64,000 nucleotides of DNA from Eledone cirrhosa (Eukaryota), in contig OZ024741.1 in assembly GCA_964016885.1 (NCBI GenBank), positions 86,428,001 through 86,492,000 of the forward strand, in the 5' to 3' direction. The notes under the pieces are model-generated. The model made no database searches and was not told the origin of the DNA. It worked only from the letters and a program-made list of their open reading frames with translations. A program made the position numbers and the translations under genes. Shown here piece after piece: positions 26,180-40,325 of the stretch; position 1 is the stretch's first letter; each line of letters begins with the position of its first letter.

Positions 26180-26311
26180 CTTAAAATACTTCCATTCTTG
26201 ATCAGTTTTTTTACCATGACATGTGTGCAACAAAGGTTTATCTCCAATCTTGAAAATTTGAAGACAGCCGGTCTCTCTCCGAAGTTCATTTTTTAAACTC
26301 AAAGAGAAAAT
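26180..26311 (-). CDS. GALNT: GALNT exon (lectin beta repeat)
   Basis: ttgtAG acceptor and AAG|GTATGT donor; 132 nt. IFSLSLKNELRRETGCLQIFKIGDKPLLHTCHGKKTDQEWKYFK has the CH..QxW pattern. Confidence 0.93.
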
Positions 26312-28127
26312 CTACAAAAAGAATATTATAAAAGAAGTTCATTGAATGTGTGTATATATATATATTTATTAAAATATTTGGTTTACCACTGGGTAGAATT
26401 GGTCATTCTGCAATGTTAACTATCATGTAATATGAGAAAAGCACTCAACATTATGCAATTCATCCATCTTTGATATTGAATCATGTTGGTGGTGCGGAAA
26501 TGGAGTAAATGTATTATAAAGTGAAATTACAGGAGGCCAAATACGTTGAATTTTCTTAATTATTTATTTCTGCAAACACTATGCACATTTCAGTGGTCAA
26601 AGATGAACGAAGCATGTTATCATACCTCACCATCTCTGGATCAAAAACATGAACACACTTTCTTTCTTCTCTGTTTTTCTTAGCTTGTTTCCTTAAAGTT
26701 TATTATCATTCTGTTGGTATACATCTATTACGCAATTTACACCTGAAAATGTCACCAAGTTCTTACGCAACCTGTCCACTGAAATGTGCATAGTGTTTGC
26801 AGAAATAAATAATTAAGGAAATTCAACATATTTGGCCTCCTGTTATTTCACTTTGTTATACATATATATATATACATACATTATATATATATATATAAGT
26901 AGAAAACAGCTTTTCTTTCAAACATGACTTTGCTCCTGCTTGATTTTTTGGATATTTTTATAAAGGATTTTTTTCTGGATTTCCTTATTACATCTTTATG
27001 CTTAGTTTGGAACAGAAGTGTTTCTAAATCCATGTGTGTATTTAACTTCTGAAGCCTTCACAGTTCAATCAAAATGGTCATACTAGCTGTATATTGGTTA
27101 CATGGTATGATGTAGTCATAAAGTATCACGAGAGTGGTAGATCATGGACACTTGATGTAAAATTTCTCACCATTTGTTTCTTTAATTCACCTCGTTTCTC
27201 CTTTACTTCATCTCTTATATATATATATATATATATATAATACACCCTTTCTCTGTAAAGTTATGTTGGTACCACAACATCCAGTCCAAACTAATGAGGT
27301 CGTGTAGGTGTCACGACAAAAAAACACACAGTCCACGCTGTAATGTGGCCGTGTAGGTAACAGTAAAAAGTTCCTAGTTCCACACTGTAAATGTGGTTGG
27401 TGTTAGGAAGGGCATCCAGCTGTAGAAAACCTGCCAGATAGTCCTATACGAGTGAGACACGGTCATCCGACCATTCTTGCCACAAGTGGGACAATTCTCG
27501 TCTAACCCATGCTAAACTATGATGATGATAGCAAAAGAATGAAGAATATTACAAAATGCTGCGCAATAGTAAGATCGATTGACAATTTTCTGTAGGCACA
27601 AAGCCACTAATTTCTCTAACTACAAACTGCGACGAGCATGATTCGATCCGGCGATCTCACTACCCATTCAAAACCACCCTGATTTAGAATGTCTACTACA
27701 CTGACGCCAACGGACCAACTTTACACATCCTCACTATTATTAACTGTCAGTTGACCAATCAGACATTAAATCAATTGGCAGTCCCTCAACTTTTTTATAG
27801 ACACATCCTCTCACACACAACAGTACCATTAATCCACACCTCCATTAAGATAATACCTTCAAAGTACCCCGACCGTAATCACCCATCTGTTATTGTCTTT
27901 TTACTTTTTATTCTCTATTCATTATTTTTTTTTTGTTTTTTACTCTTTATCTCTTAGTCTTTATCTTTTATTATTTTTCATAATTTCTCATTCTTTATTT
28001 CGTCAATTCCTGAATTTAACCCACTATATTGGAATGGCGCCAATACACCATTTTATGACTGACCAGTATTTTGCTTATCACATCATCTCTTCCCCCACTT
28101 TTTCCATGTTATTATTATTATTGTCAT

Positions 28128-28580
28128 TGGCGGTGGATTGGCAGTATCGGTAGAGGGTCGGATGCCATGCTTTGACGCATAGAGTTATGGCCCTTGCCAT
28201 TCTGAGTTCAAATCCCGCCGAGGTTAACTTTACCTTTCTATGGGATCGATAAAATAAAGTACCAGTAATGCACTGGGTAATTTCTGGCCTTGTGCCAAAA
28301 GTAGAAACAATTATTATTATTGTCATTACTATTTTATGCCTCTATCCACTCACCATTATAACTATTACTATTAGGGCGGTGGATTGGCAGTATCGGTAGA
28401 TGGTTGGACGCCATGCTTTGCAGCACAGAGTTACGGCCCTTTATGATCTGAGTTCAAATCCCGCCGAGGTTAACTTTGCCTTTCATCCTTACGGGGGTCG
28501 ATAAAATAAAGTACCAGTAATACACTGGGGTAATTGCTGGCCTTGTGCAAAAAATAGAAACAATTATAACTATTACTACT
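28128..28580 (+). mobile_element. Two tandem tRNA-derived SINEs
   Basis: A-box-like tggcagtatcggta, B-box gagttcaaatccc, central gttaactttgcctttcatcc..gataaaataaagtaccag and (ATT)n tail. Other copies near 12920-13112(-), 17150, 18870, 22670-22790(-), 34740, 41520-41740(-), 42170, 45638, 47690 and 59770-59970(-). Confidence 0.85.
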
Positions 28581-29911
28581 ACTACTATTATTATCATTAA
28601 TCTTATGATCATTATTATTATTGTTGTTTTCATTTATGTTATTCTCCCACGTATCTATAAATACCAGAGCCCTGTGTTGTGTACACATTAGTATTCTGAC
28701 GATTTGGTCTGGTATCGACTAATTAAGGTCGAGTGATGTAACTTCTAACGATCAGCGACTTTTAGACTCACCTGATTAAAGAAACAATTGTTAATACTGT
28801 AAATAACCCCTATTGTACAGCCGACCATGTTATTCTTCATTCTTTTGCTATTATTGCTCCAAGAACTGCCTGCCTAGGAACTCTCTTAAACCGGCCACCC
28901 GACTAAGGAAACTTCTTGTTGAATCAAACAACGCTGTATGTTAAAACTATCCTCGACACAGAGTACTCACAACCTCTAGCTAGATTACCTTAAATGATAC
29001 CTTGTTATCCTATATATATATAAATAGGGAGACACAAATTAGGTTTTGTTTATAAACGGCTAGCAAATTTGAAAATTAGGTAGTAACATGTGCTTACGCC
29101 GTATTTGACTACATAGAATTTGTTAGTTGGGATTTTAAAAAACCCCTCTGAATGGAAAAAAGGATGAGTATTGACATAGTTTTGTATTCTCTGTTATCAG
29201 TACTGTGCTCTATCTATGGCAAAATTCTTAACTTCAAAAGCACAGTCTCTCACAGTTTAGGTAGACAACAGAAAGTAGAATGGTTCATTTGAGTAAGCAG
29301 GAACATTGTAAAATTGTTGAGTGTTTTGTTATACTATGTCTACCTGTGCCATAATAGAAATGCTAATAATGTAATCCTACTTTCAATTCTATCACTGCTA
29401 CTCCAAAGTGGACAAGAAAATAAAATGTCTCAAGACTCACTACTTCCTGCCTTTCTTATGAATCACTGAGGTAGAAGTATGCTGAAAAAGGTTTTTATGT
29501 AGTTGTCTAAACACAGGTTAACTGTGAACAGTCAGATCTTTTATCAAAGCCATTACATGATCATCCTAACTTTTATCCAGACATAGGATGACATTCTCCA
29601 ATCTGTTCTTCCCTTTCTGAAGATATAAAAATAACAATAATAATGAAATTATTGTGTACAGTGCTCAGATGATAGTGTGTAATATGGGAGAGATTCAGCT
29701 GTTATTTCTAGCAAGTGAGCAACCATGTAGAGGCTTCCTCATTGGTTTATGCTCATGTATGAGTTCTAGCTTAGTACTTCACTACAGCATTGATTTTGCA
29801 TCTTCTGCCCTAAATTATTAAATAAGTAATGACTTAATTCACAAGAATGACCCATTCAGAAAATTAACCATGGACCTTGTAAAAAAAATATAAAAAATAT
29901 AATAACGTCAC

Positions 29912-30019
29912 CTGATTTGTACTGATACCATTTTGACAAGAAAACACTCCTACGGTGATATGAAGCTTTTCATCTTGACTCAGTGTATCAAGACATAAAT
30001 TAGAAGATGGGTTACGGAC
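29912..30019 (-). CDS. GALNT: GALNT exon (ricin-type lectin alpha repeat)
   Basis: tttcAG acceptor and CAG|GTGACG donor; 108 nt. VRNPSSNLCLDTLSQDEKLHITVGVFSCQNGISTNQ has the CLD..C..NQ pattern. Confidence 0.93.
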
Positions 30020-33000
30020 CTGAAATAATAATAAAAAAATTTATAGTTAATTTTTCAAAAATTCTTTTACCTTTTCATCATCACCATTTAGCATCTATTT
30101 TCTATGCTTGCATAGGTTAGACAGACTGTCAAGTATTGAGGCTGGACTAGTCACGTGACTACATTTTGCTCATACACTTCGTTTTGGCTTGGTTTTTGCA
30201 GCTGGATGCTCTTCCTAATGCTAACCACCTTACAGCATGTACAATAAGGTATTTCATAAATATAAGGAGCATTTTATTTTAGTTGAAATCAACTCATGTC
30301 GATTGCACCCTGGATCTATTTCACATATAAGCTACACAAGCAAAAATATGAGGAGATGCGGATATAGTTAGGGGTTGCACAGTTTGGTTCTTTTTTAAAT
30401 CTATGCCAAAAACATGAAAACATTTTACTTCAACACTTGTTGATTGTAGCCAGGTTGAATTTTTTTGTCCATTTTCATCTGTGTACATGCAGGAGACATT
30501 TCTACCCCCCTTTATAGGATCTTAAATAAAAACAAATGAACCTTAAACTTAAATTAAGTATGTAAAAATAATTTTACATCAGTGATTTGTTTCCATTGTT
30601 CGTACAAAGAAGTATTTGATATCACATTGATGAGGTGTGCTTTTCAATATTTGTTTTAATAATTCAACAAGATAATGAGTTAACAATAAGATTCTAATGC
30701 AAGATTCATTACATTGTTGGTTCAGTGCTGGTTTTGTTGGCGAGTAGTAAACACACTGGTTTTTATCAAGTTCCATTTGTTGTTATAAAATTATGAAATC
30801 ATTTTCTTGTCTTTTGCTTTTCATTACCTGAATGGGTTCCAGAAATGTAAGAACTCAAAGGCTCATTAAAATAAAATTGATTGATTGACTTTGCTTTACA
30901 TCTTCCATAGCGAATAATAAAATGGAAACCAGAAAGGCCATTTCGCTGCTTGAGAGAAAGCCCAAAAGTGGAGTTTCCACAGACTTGACTCCCTTTCAAA
31001 CAGCAAGTGCTCTTGTGTTTTCTTTACTATCACATTAAACTCGGGAAGACAATTTCAGTTGTCGCAAAAATTTACTAGCCCAATGTACCCTTACAGGGTG
31101 GATGAGGGTGCTTTTTATCATGGCACCAGTACTTTGTCTATAATTTTCAAATAATTTTGAAAATAATCAAGTAATTGGAAGGATTTAGTAATATAACTAA
31201 CTTTCTCATTTATCTGATGTTTGGAACATAACTTAAAGATTCTTATATAAAATTATGAGAGATGAGTTTTAGATGAATATAAATACTTTAGGCCTTTCAT
31301 TACCTTATTTCTAATAAAAGACACTGTCTATGGTTTTGAAATAATTTTGGAAATAATCAAAAATTTGAAGGGATATACTAATATAACTAACTTTCTCATT
31401 ATTTATCTGATGTTTGAAACATAACTTAAAGATTCCTATATAAAATTATGCTTTATTTAGATAAATTTTTAACTCTTTCATTACCATATTAAAAGCCAAT
31501 ATCTATGATTTTCAAAGAATTTTGAAAATTATCAAGAATTTAGAATATAAAGATTTTTACATAAAATTATCTCTGGGCTAAACTTGCTATGGTATGAAAG
31601 TGTGGTGTGTTGGTGTATTTTCATATCATACGCCCTATTAGTAAACTCAGACGAAAATAACTATGACGACACCTAGTGGTATATAAGCTAACACACTAAG
31701 CCCCAGTTCTTCCCTATCTCGAACTGAAGAAACACATGTTGGATGTAGCGGTCAGTCATTATATCTGGCACTGCTACAGCCAAACCACATCACTAGGTTA
31801 TTAAAGCAAGACATCAAGGCAATTTCTTTTTTTCAGCACCTCTCTACATTCACACAATCACTCTATTTCTCTGCAATCTTGCTGACAAATTTTACTACAT
31901 CTCAATGCATGTACATCAATAAGAGTACACTCCTCCATAGACTCTGTACTAATATGTTAATGGAAACGCACTTATTTTTATTTAGAACTTTTGCATACTC
32001 TTGTGTTTTTGTTTGTTGTATGGCTTCATCGAATTCCATGGCAAGAAATAAACATATAAATTAGCAATTTTGTTTCTTTGTGGGTCTATATTATGGCTTT
32101 AGGGAAATTACTTTTCCCACACCAATCTCACATCAACAACATTGGTAACTTCAACCAGACATCAACAACCAATGAAACAGTTCTGCTAAAAATATAAACA
32201 CTTTAGCATTTTACTTACCATATTTCTAATGGAAGACTGCATATGATTTTCATATAGTTTTGAAAATAATCAAGAATTTGGAAGGATTTAGTAATATAAC
32301 TAAACTTTCTCACTATTTATTTGATGTTTGGAACATATCTTAAAGATCCTTACATAAAATTATTTCTAATAAAGTTGACAGATTTAGCTGAAATAATGGA
32401 AGATTAAAATGATACTTTTGGTAGAGTTCTTCTTTGAGAAAATGGGATGTGTTGGTCGGCTGTAAATGAATGGACAAAAAAAGTAAAGGAAAAGAAGAGG
32501 ACTACATGCACACCCACAAACATACCAAGGACTGTACCCATCATACAGGGAGAAGATGGTAAAAGACTTTACTCCAAAGATGCTGCTCCTAAGGGGGCAG
32601 AGAAAGATCTAAAGTCAACTTGTTAAAAGAGTGACTTATAAAGGGCAAGATATGAATGTATAGGGGAGAATTTATTGAAGAATTTCAGTAAACTGAATTG
32701 CCCTGAAGAGTACAGCTGGCGCGCACACACACACACACACACACAAAGAAGGAAGAGAAGAAAAGGATGGCAGCATGAGGGATAAGGGGTACAAGCATAT
32801 AGAATTGAGGTCAGTAAGGAATAGTGGAAATTTGTAAAAGTAATTTGTGGCTAGTATCTAGAAATGAGGTTAGTGGGAAATGGCAAAACAGTATATAGTA
32901 ACATGAGGCAGGGAAGAGGAAGGAAATGTGAGCAGAAGTTGGGAAGGGGTGGGAAAGGCGGGTAGATACAATAATTAACAATATTATACAAATACAATAT

Positions 33001-36000
33001 AACTATATACATTGCACATATGTTATACAGAGTGTATACAATCATATATACATACACACCCATAATACTTATACATATATTGTTGGACCTCCATGGGTTT
33101 CAACAAGTGCCACAATTGTTTAATCAATGAAACAATTTGCTCATGAAATTAATGTGCAAGTGGCTTAGCATTCCACAGACACACGTACTTTTAATGTAAT
33201 CCTGAAGGAGATTTAGCATGACACTATGAATGATAAGGTCGACACTTTGAACAACAGGTATAACTCATTTTTTCCAGCTAAGTACACTGGAATGGTAAGA
33301 AATAAATTGTCTTGCTCAAGGACGCTACACACTGCTGAGAATCGAACACACAACTTTACAACTGAGCCAAACAGTCTAACCAGTAAGGCAGGTGCCCTCA
33401 CTCATATACATATAGATAAGCATATACAGCAAAACCAAACGAGTGCCATACAACAACGTAATACCTAATGACTGGCGCAGCAGTACAATTGTTAACTGCT
33501 ACAAGGGCAAAAGTGATGCCCTAGAGAGGAGCAACTACAGAGGAATAATGAACCAAGTTATGAAAGTGATGGAAAGAGTTATAGCACAACTAATTAGAAA
33601 AAAGAGTCAAATTAGATGAGAAGCAGTTTGGTTTCATGCCTGGGAAAAGTACTACAGATGCCCACTTTTTAGTGAGGCAACTCTCACTAAAAAGTGGGCA
33701 TCTGTAGTACTTGTAGTTCCCAGCCAAGAATAAGCTACTATACTTATATATATACTCTCAGTTAACACCTGATCAGAAAATTGCAAATATTTTTATTTGT
33801 TTTGAAAGAAAGGGGAAATAGGATGAGTTACAGAGTTGCATTGAAGAAATGTGAAGATATGAAGAAAGTTGCACTGAAAAAGACAAGTTACAGATTCGAA
33901 AGGAATCTGAATTAGTAATGTTGAAAAGTATAATTGTTGAGGATGCAGTCTAGGTCTTGATTCATAGAGGATGCCTGAGTGCCAAACATAACAAAAGAGA
34001 GTTGGTTGGAATAATCTTCATAGCCATAAGTGTGGTTAGCATTGAGAATGAAAAGGTGATTAAACCCTGAAGTACATCCAAGTTGGTTAGGAAAGTAACA
34101 ACAACAACAATAGCAACAAGTATTTTAAGGACATCCTCCTTGCTCAAGTAAAGGTTAGGTTTGCTGGAAGGGAGGGAGGGGGGGGGGTCACAACAAGTTT
34201 TCTACTTTTCCCTATCATCTGCATCCACTAGCTTCCATTTCCCCCTCCATTATCTTTAGCCATGTCTTTCTAGGTCTTCTCCTGCTACATCATTCCACAT
34301 TTATTTCCATCACTTCTCTTAACCAGTCACTTTCATTCTTCTTCAACACATGACCAAACCATCTCATTTTATTTCTCTTCACAACATTCACTACTGGCTC
34401 TATTCCCATCATTCTCTGCAATTCATTGTTTGTCTTCTTCTCTCTCAACAATACTCCACCCATCCACCAAACCATTCTCGTTTCCATTCTTTCTAGCCCT
34501 CTTGGGTAAGGAAAGTACAAAGTCAACATAGTATGAGTAAGGCCCCAAACTACATGAAGTGTACAGTCAATTAGCATTTTCGCCAGAATATTCACATGCA
34601 AAACATAGTTAAACATTTTGCGCATATAAAGGAAAACAACCATATGACATTCCTTTACTCCATCTAATTTCTGTTCTGTCTCTTTTCTTCAAGCTTTCTT
34701 TTCTTTTCCCTCTCTATCGTTATTTCTTTCATACCCGAGGGTGGTGAATTGACAAAACTGGTAGAGCATCGGATAAAGAGCCACTCCAGTATTTGTTCTA
34801 ACTCTTAACATTCTGAGATCAAATCTTTTACTTTCATCTTTCTGAGGTCAATAAAATAAAGTACCAGTCATGTACTGGGGTTGATGTAACCAACTTTACT
34901 CTTCCCCCAACATTTGCTGGCCTCGTATCTAAATTACAAATCATTATTTTTTTCATACCAACTGCTTTTCCCTCTCTTAAATTTCTCCTCTGCCTATTCT
35001 TGATCTCACCCTTTCTATGTCCTCCATCTCATCACCATTTCATTTCAGTGAAATATTTTGTTTACCATGGTGAAAATAACTAATTTAGGTGAGTCACCTA
35101 ATTTATGATGCCTCTGTACATAGTACAATGTTGTATGATGGTGAGACATGGACACTGAATACAAAGGTTAGAAAGAAATGATGTTAGCATACTCCACTGG
35201 ATGTGTAATGATAGCATGCATGAACAACAAAGCAGAGATAAGCTGAGGAAAAACAGGACATGAGAAGTATGAGATGTAGTGTGCAAGAGAGAAGATCATA
35301 CTTGTACAGACATATGATGTATAGGGATGGTGATTGTTGGTTGAAGAAGTACAAGGAATTCCAAGTGGAAGAAAGCTGCAGATGACACAAATAGTGAGAA
35401 TTGATTTTAGGATACTGAACCGCACACAGAAGAAGACAAAAGAACATGACAAGAGGAGGAAAGCTGTGATGGAGAAGACATGTCCAACCTGTTTAAGTAT
35501 GGAAAAGAAAGCAGGACGTGATCATGATGATGAAGGAGGAGGAAGAGTGGTGCATTATCAAAGAAAACCATTGATTTTTTTTCAGAACCAACTACCCAAT
35601 AAGCTGTTGTATATAACTGTATGTTAAGCGAGTAAAGGTGGATATTTTGCATGTATAATAACAATACTACTGCTGGAACACAACATGACAGTGTCTACAA
35701 ATGTCCTACAAGCATGAATAATGTGTGAACAGAAGAGCTGTTCTATGAGTTGTTCAAGAAACCATCTCCAAAGATGACAAGAACATCATAATTGTAGCTG
35801 ATCCAACACCCATGTATTGAGCATGAAAGCTATGATTAGGTTTAAAGAATAAAGTGAATGACCACTGACAAGTGAATTAGGTATCAGGTATGATTGAGAG
35901 CAAAATTAATTCTATTTTGAACAAGTCAAACACATAGACAGATGATACAATTGTCTAGTATGTATGCAAAGTTATGTTCAAGAGAGAAATATACTCTTTC

Positions 36001-36746
36001 ACATATTAGTGGAAAGTTTAGGCTGGGAAAATTTAGAAAAAGAAGAAACTACAAAACAAATATTGCTGAAATCTGCTAAAATAAAAATTAATTTTAATAT
36101 AGCACTGGGGTCAATATAAGGTTTGCTTAGGATATTAGACATATAATGTGGAATATGATGTATAACAACCTCCCTAGTGCTGGTGTCATGATTAAACACA
36201 TTCAGTATACTCTATAGAATATAGGAACATATGTTCATCTGAAAAGTTAGTGGTTCTAGCTAAGTATTAACTTAGTCTGTGACAAACCCATCCAGCCCTT
36301 GGTAGTAAGGAAAATGAATATTAAATGATGATGATGTGATGAAGATCATTCAAAGTGTAAAACATTTTCTTATGGATAGGAGGATTAGAAAAATTTTGAA
36401 TATCTGGCCAGAATTCTCTCACCCCTTTCTGTTCAAACTGGCCACTCATACTGATGTTAAGGGATTGTTTTCAAAATAAATAATATCAAAATCTCATAGA
36501 TTCAATATTATGTGAGTTAAAGCCTTTACTGCAAAAATACAATAGTATATATAAAGTAATGTTAAAGGGTTAAATATTATCTTAAGAGCAGAAATATTTG
36601 AGTGAACTTAATGTATGCAGTATGAGAGATCAAAGAGTTGAATACAGTTAGGATAGTGTAGAAAAATAAAAATATACAGAGAATTTTGGAGGAAGTATAT
36701 TTGTTTTTCAATCATACACAATACTGAAATAAATCATTTATATATT

Positions 36747-37488
36747 TGTAACGGAATAAATGTGTGGTTGTAACGATAAGTGGATGGATGTAACTGTTGG
36801 TATGGTGGTTTCGATGTAAAGAAAAATACCAGGATTGTGTTGTTACAAAGTTTATTTTATTATAACAATATTCAATTTGAATATTGAATGATAAAATCAA
36901 TAACACAAAATATTCGTACAATAATTTGGTGGCTCTTCGAGCCACGTAAATACAAGTATCACAGAATAAGATTATAATATAAATTGTATAGCATCCGAAA
37001 GATATAACGTGAATAAACAGAAATGGTGTGTGTGAAGATGCAAACAGTGAACTTACTATGAATGCGTGTGTGCATATCAGTATATTTGCTTGTTTTAGTA
37101 GTTGTAGTAAGTGACCAGCCCGGCAGGTGAGAATAAGTGACAGACTGGTTTTTTGTGACGAGAGCTTGTAAATGCGACTTGTCTTGTCTGTATCCACTTC
37201 TTTTCTGCCGGGGCGTAAAGAACCCCTGTATTTATAAGGGTTGAAGTTAGAAGGATAGATATATCCTCTGAACTTCGGTTAGAGTCTCCCGAGGGATTAG
37301 TTTGCCAAGTGTAAACAAGTCAGAAAGATGGATATATCCTCTGACCTATTTTCTGTTAGGTGTAAACACCTCTGACCTGTGTTTAGCCTCTCCCAAGGGG
37401 TTAGTTTCTTGAGCGTAAACAACTTACCACGGCTTGTCCCAGAGGTGGGAAAGCTCAGATTCGGTTTCGAATCTTCGCCACCGTTATA
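36747..37488 (-). mobile_element. Gypsy-type LTR (full 3' LTR) preceded by a polypurine tract
   Basis: Minus strand reads PPT ggaagggggg, then TATAACGG (degenerate TGTAACGG) through to CCGTTACA at 36747. Confidence 0.8.
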
Positions 37489-37879
37489 GTACCCCCCTTC
37501 CAGTGAGAAAGCTAAGATTAAACGATGTAGGTGCATGTGAAATAAAGATAGGTATGACTAGGTGTGTTGATGAAGAAAATCAGTAAAAAAACAAAAAAAA
37601 CAAAAAAAAAACACATGAAAGTCATTTACAAACAGGCGAAATGAAAGAAAACATGCAAAGCAAAAGAAATTTACATGCAGGAAAATGCACTGTGATGTTA
37701 CATAAAATTGAAAATGTCTGTACGAAAAGTTTGTTGATTAAAAGTTTGTTCATTTCATAGAAACGGAAAAATGTTCTTTTGTCTGTTCTTTTGATGTGGG
37801 TGATGCACAGAGTTAATTGATTTGTGTGTAGCAATAGTTCATGACCACAGAAATTGGCCGATTCGTTGGAATGTACAAA

Positions 37880-38420
37880 TTAGCCGAAATGTCGACCAGA
37901 TGCATAATTTGTACTTACCCGATAAACTTGTACGTATCGCGTGGGCCATTGGACTGTTCTTCCAGATTTGGTGTTTCGTGGTTGTGCAGAATTTGTCGTG
38001 TTTGTGTCGGGCAAAGTTGGTGGTGAGTCTGCTGGAGAAACGGTGGGTACTGGTGGCAATTCCTGTTCTATGAACGCTTTTTTTAAACGATCAATGGAGA
38101 CGGTATTTCGTTTACCGTTCAAGTCGAGGACGAAATACTTAGGGCGTTTCTGTATCACCTTATAGGGCCCGGAATACGGCAGACGAAGTTGCGATGGAAT
38201 ACCGTCATTTCTAATGAAAACATGCGTCCATGTATCGATGTCTTTTGGTATGTGTGAAGTAACGTGCTGTTGTTTAGGGGCTGAAGGAGACAGATGCGAC
38301 ATCGATGACCGTAAACGGTGCACATATTTTGTTGGGTCTGTAAGTTCTTGTGGCGAAACAGGAGCGATCATTTGTCCGGGTAGGGCGAGTATGGTGCCAT
38401 AAACCATTTCAGCCGGAGAA
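37880..38420 (-). mobile_element. Gypsy integrase C-terminal fragment
   Basis: MVYG..L.LPG...HVFIRND..LRLPYSGPYKVI..TVSIDRLK contains the GPY/F motif. Confidence 0.9.
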
Positions 38421-39150
38421 TGTCCGACTCCCTCCTTAATAGTGGAACGAATACTGAGAAGAATGAGTGGGAGGTATTCGAACCAGTTACTGGCACAGCA
38501 AGCAACACAGATACAGGCCTTGACGCAACAAATTCAGGCCTAGTCACTTGGCAACCCTGCCACACGTCGGTCAAACAGTCGAACTTGCCGATTTGGTGGT
38601 TGCTCAAGAAGTCCGAGCGCATCTCGGGATTCACCAGAAATGTGTTGGTACCACCAAAAATTCGGGAGACGAGCGCAAAAGTGCAGTCATCCCTGTTCAT
38701 TTGGCGAATCAGGGAAACGACACAGCCAGAAACTGAATGCGACGGATGTTTCTGGCCCTCATAACCAAAGTCGCCTATTTTTCATTCAGGATCGTGTCAC
38801 AGGCACGCGTTTCCTGGTTGACACCGGTGCTGAAGTGAGCACCATCCCCGTTTCCTGCGTTCCTGGAAAAAGGAGAGAGACACCAGCCTGGCTCCAGGCG
38901 GTGAATCACTCACATATTCCGACCTACAGAGAACAGTCCCTGACACTAAATTTGGGACTACGCCGCACTTTCCAGTGGGTATTTGTTGTGGCTAAGCTGC
39001 CGACCCCTATTTTAGGAGCTGATTTTCTTCAGCACTTCTCGCTGCTAGTGGACCTGAAAAACCAACGACTCGTTGACAACTCCACTGGTCTCGCTGTGCG
39101 CGGCATAGCCGCTAGGACAGCCACAGTCAGTCCAGTCATTTCACGATCGA
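38420..39150 (+). mobile_element. Gypsy gag C-terminus (Zn knuckle) plus aspartic protease fragment
   Basis: CWYHQKFGRRAQKCSHPC; FLVDTGAEVS..PILGADFL. Confidence 0.9.
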
Positions 39151-39189
39151 CAACAACAACCCGGCACAACCACAAACATACTATTATAA

Positions 39190-39855
39190 CTGGTGACTCC
39201 GTAAAACAGACACACAACCTTCTGATCATCCACTACAAACGATGTCTCTAGCACACGACGATTCATCTACGGCAGAAATGGCAGTCTGGGCGGCATTTAC
39301 ATTAAGAATTCCACCATTCTGGGTGCACGATCCAACACTGTGGTTCGCGCACATCGAAGCACAGTTCGCATTGAACCGGATCGTTAGCGAGGCATCCCGT
39401 CTCACACATGTCATCGGTTTGATGTCTCCGGAGATTATGAATGAGGTTTGAGACCTCATTTTAGCACCACCCGGCTCTGTGTCATATGACACATTTAAAA
39501 CAACATTAATTAAGCGGACGTCGGAGTCGCAGCAGAAGCGTTTGCACCAGCTCCTCATATCGGAGGAATTGGGAGATAAAAAGCCAACGCAACTCCTACG
39601 GCGAATGAAGCAGCTCCTGGGAGAACATAACTCCTGGATGAAATTTTCAAGCAACTCTTCCTCCAGTGTTTGCCTTCTGCCACACAAGTTGTACTAGCAT
39701 CCACCAGGGAGTCCACCACCATAGAAGAACTCGCCGAGCTGGCAGATAAGATCATAGAGGTACCACATCCGCCCCCAACTTTAGCGAATGTGACGCCAGC
39801 CGTGCCTCCCACCAATCCTTTCCTTCAGCCCCCCGGTGCCACAGAGATGCCCGAT
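39190..39855 (+). mobile_element. Gypsy PBS plus gag N-terminus fragment
   Basis: TGGTGACTCCG PBS-like sequence (resembles the tRNA-Trp PBS TGGTGACCCCG); IPPFW.HDP.LWFAHIEAQF..LGDKKPTQLLRRM..ELAELADKI with stop and frameshift. Confidence 0.85.
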
Positions 39856-39857
39856 CT

Positions 39858-40325
39858 ACACCAGAGAAAAGAAGTGATATACAGACAAGACAAGTCGCAT
39901 TTACAAGCTCTCGTCACGAAATACCAGTCTGTCATTTATTCTCCCCTGCCGGGCTGGTCACTGACTCCTACTACTAAAACAAGCAAATATACTGATACGC
40001 ACACACGCATTCATAGTAAGTTCACTGTTTGCATCTTCACACGCACCATTTCTGTTTATTTACGTTGTATCTTTCGGATGCTATACAAATTATATTATAA
40101 TCTTATTCTGTGATACTTGTATTTACGTGGCTCGAAGAGCCACCAAATTATTGTACGAATATTTCATGTTATTGATTTTATCATTCAATATTCAAATTGA
40201 ATATTGTTATAATAAAATAAACATTGTAACAACACAATCCTGGTATTTTTCTTTACATCGAAACCACCATACCAACAGTTACATCCATCCACTTATCGTT
40301 ACAACCTCACAATCATTCCGTTACA
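39858..40325 (+). mobile_element. Partial Gypsy LTR (3' half) inverted relative to the LTR at 36747
   Basis: Reverse complement of about 36747-37205; ends in CCGTTACA. Confidence 0.9.

Noticed and set aside
36712-37197. Similar ORFs at 36712-37197(-) and 40127-40450(+) as a duplicated gene
   Set aside because: They are translations of the two LTR copies.
36747-40325. Autonomous Ginger DNA transposon
   Set aside because: No integrase catalytic core; it contains gag, protease, PBS and PPT, so it derives from an LTR retrotransposon.
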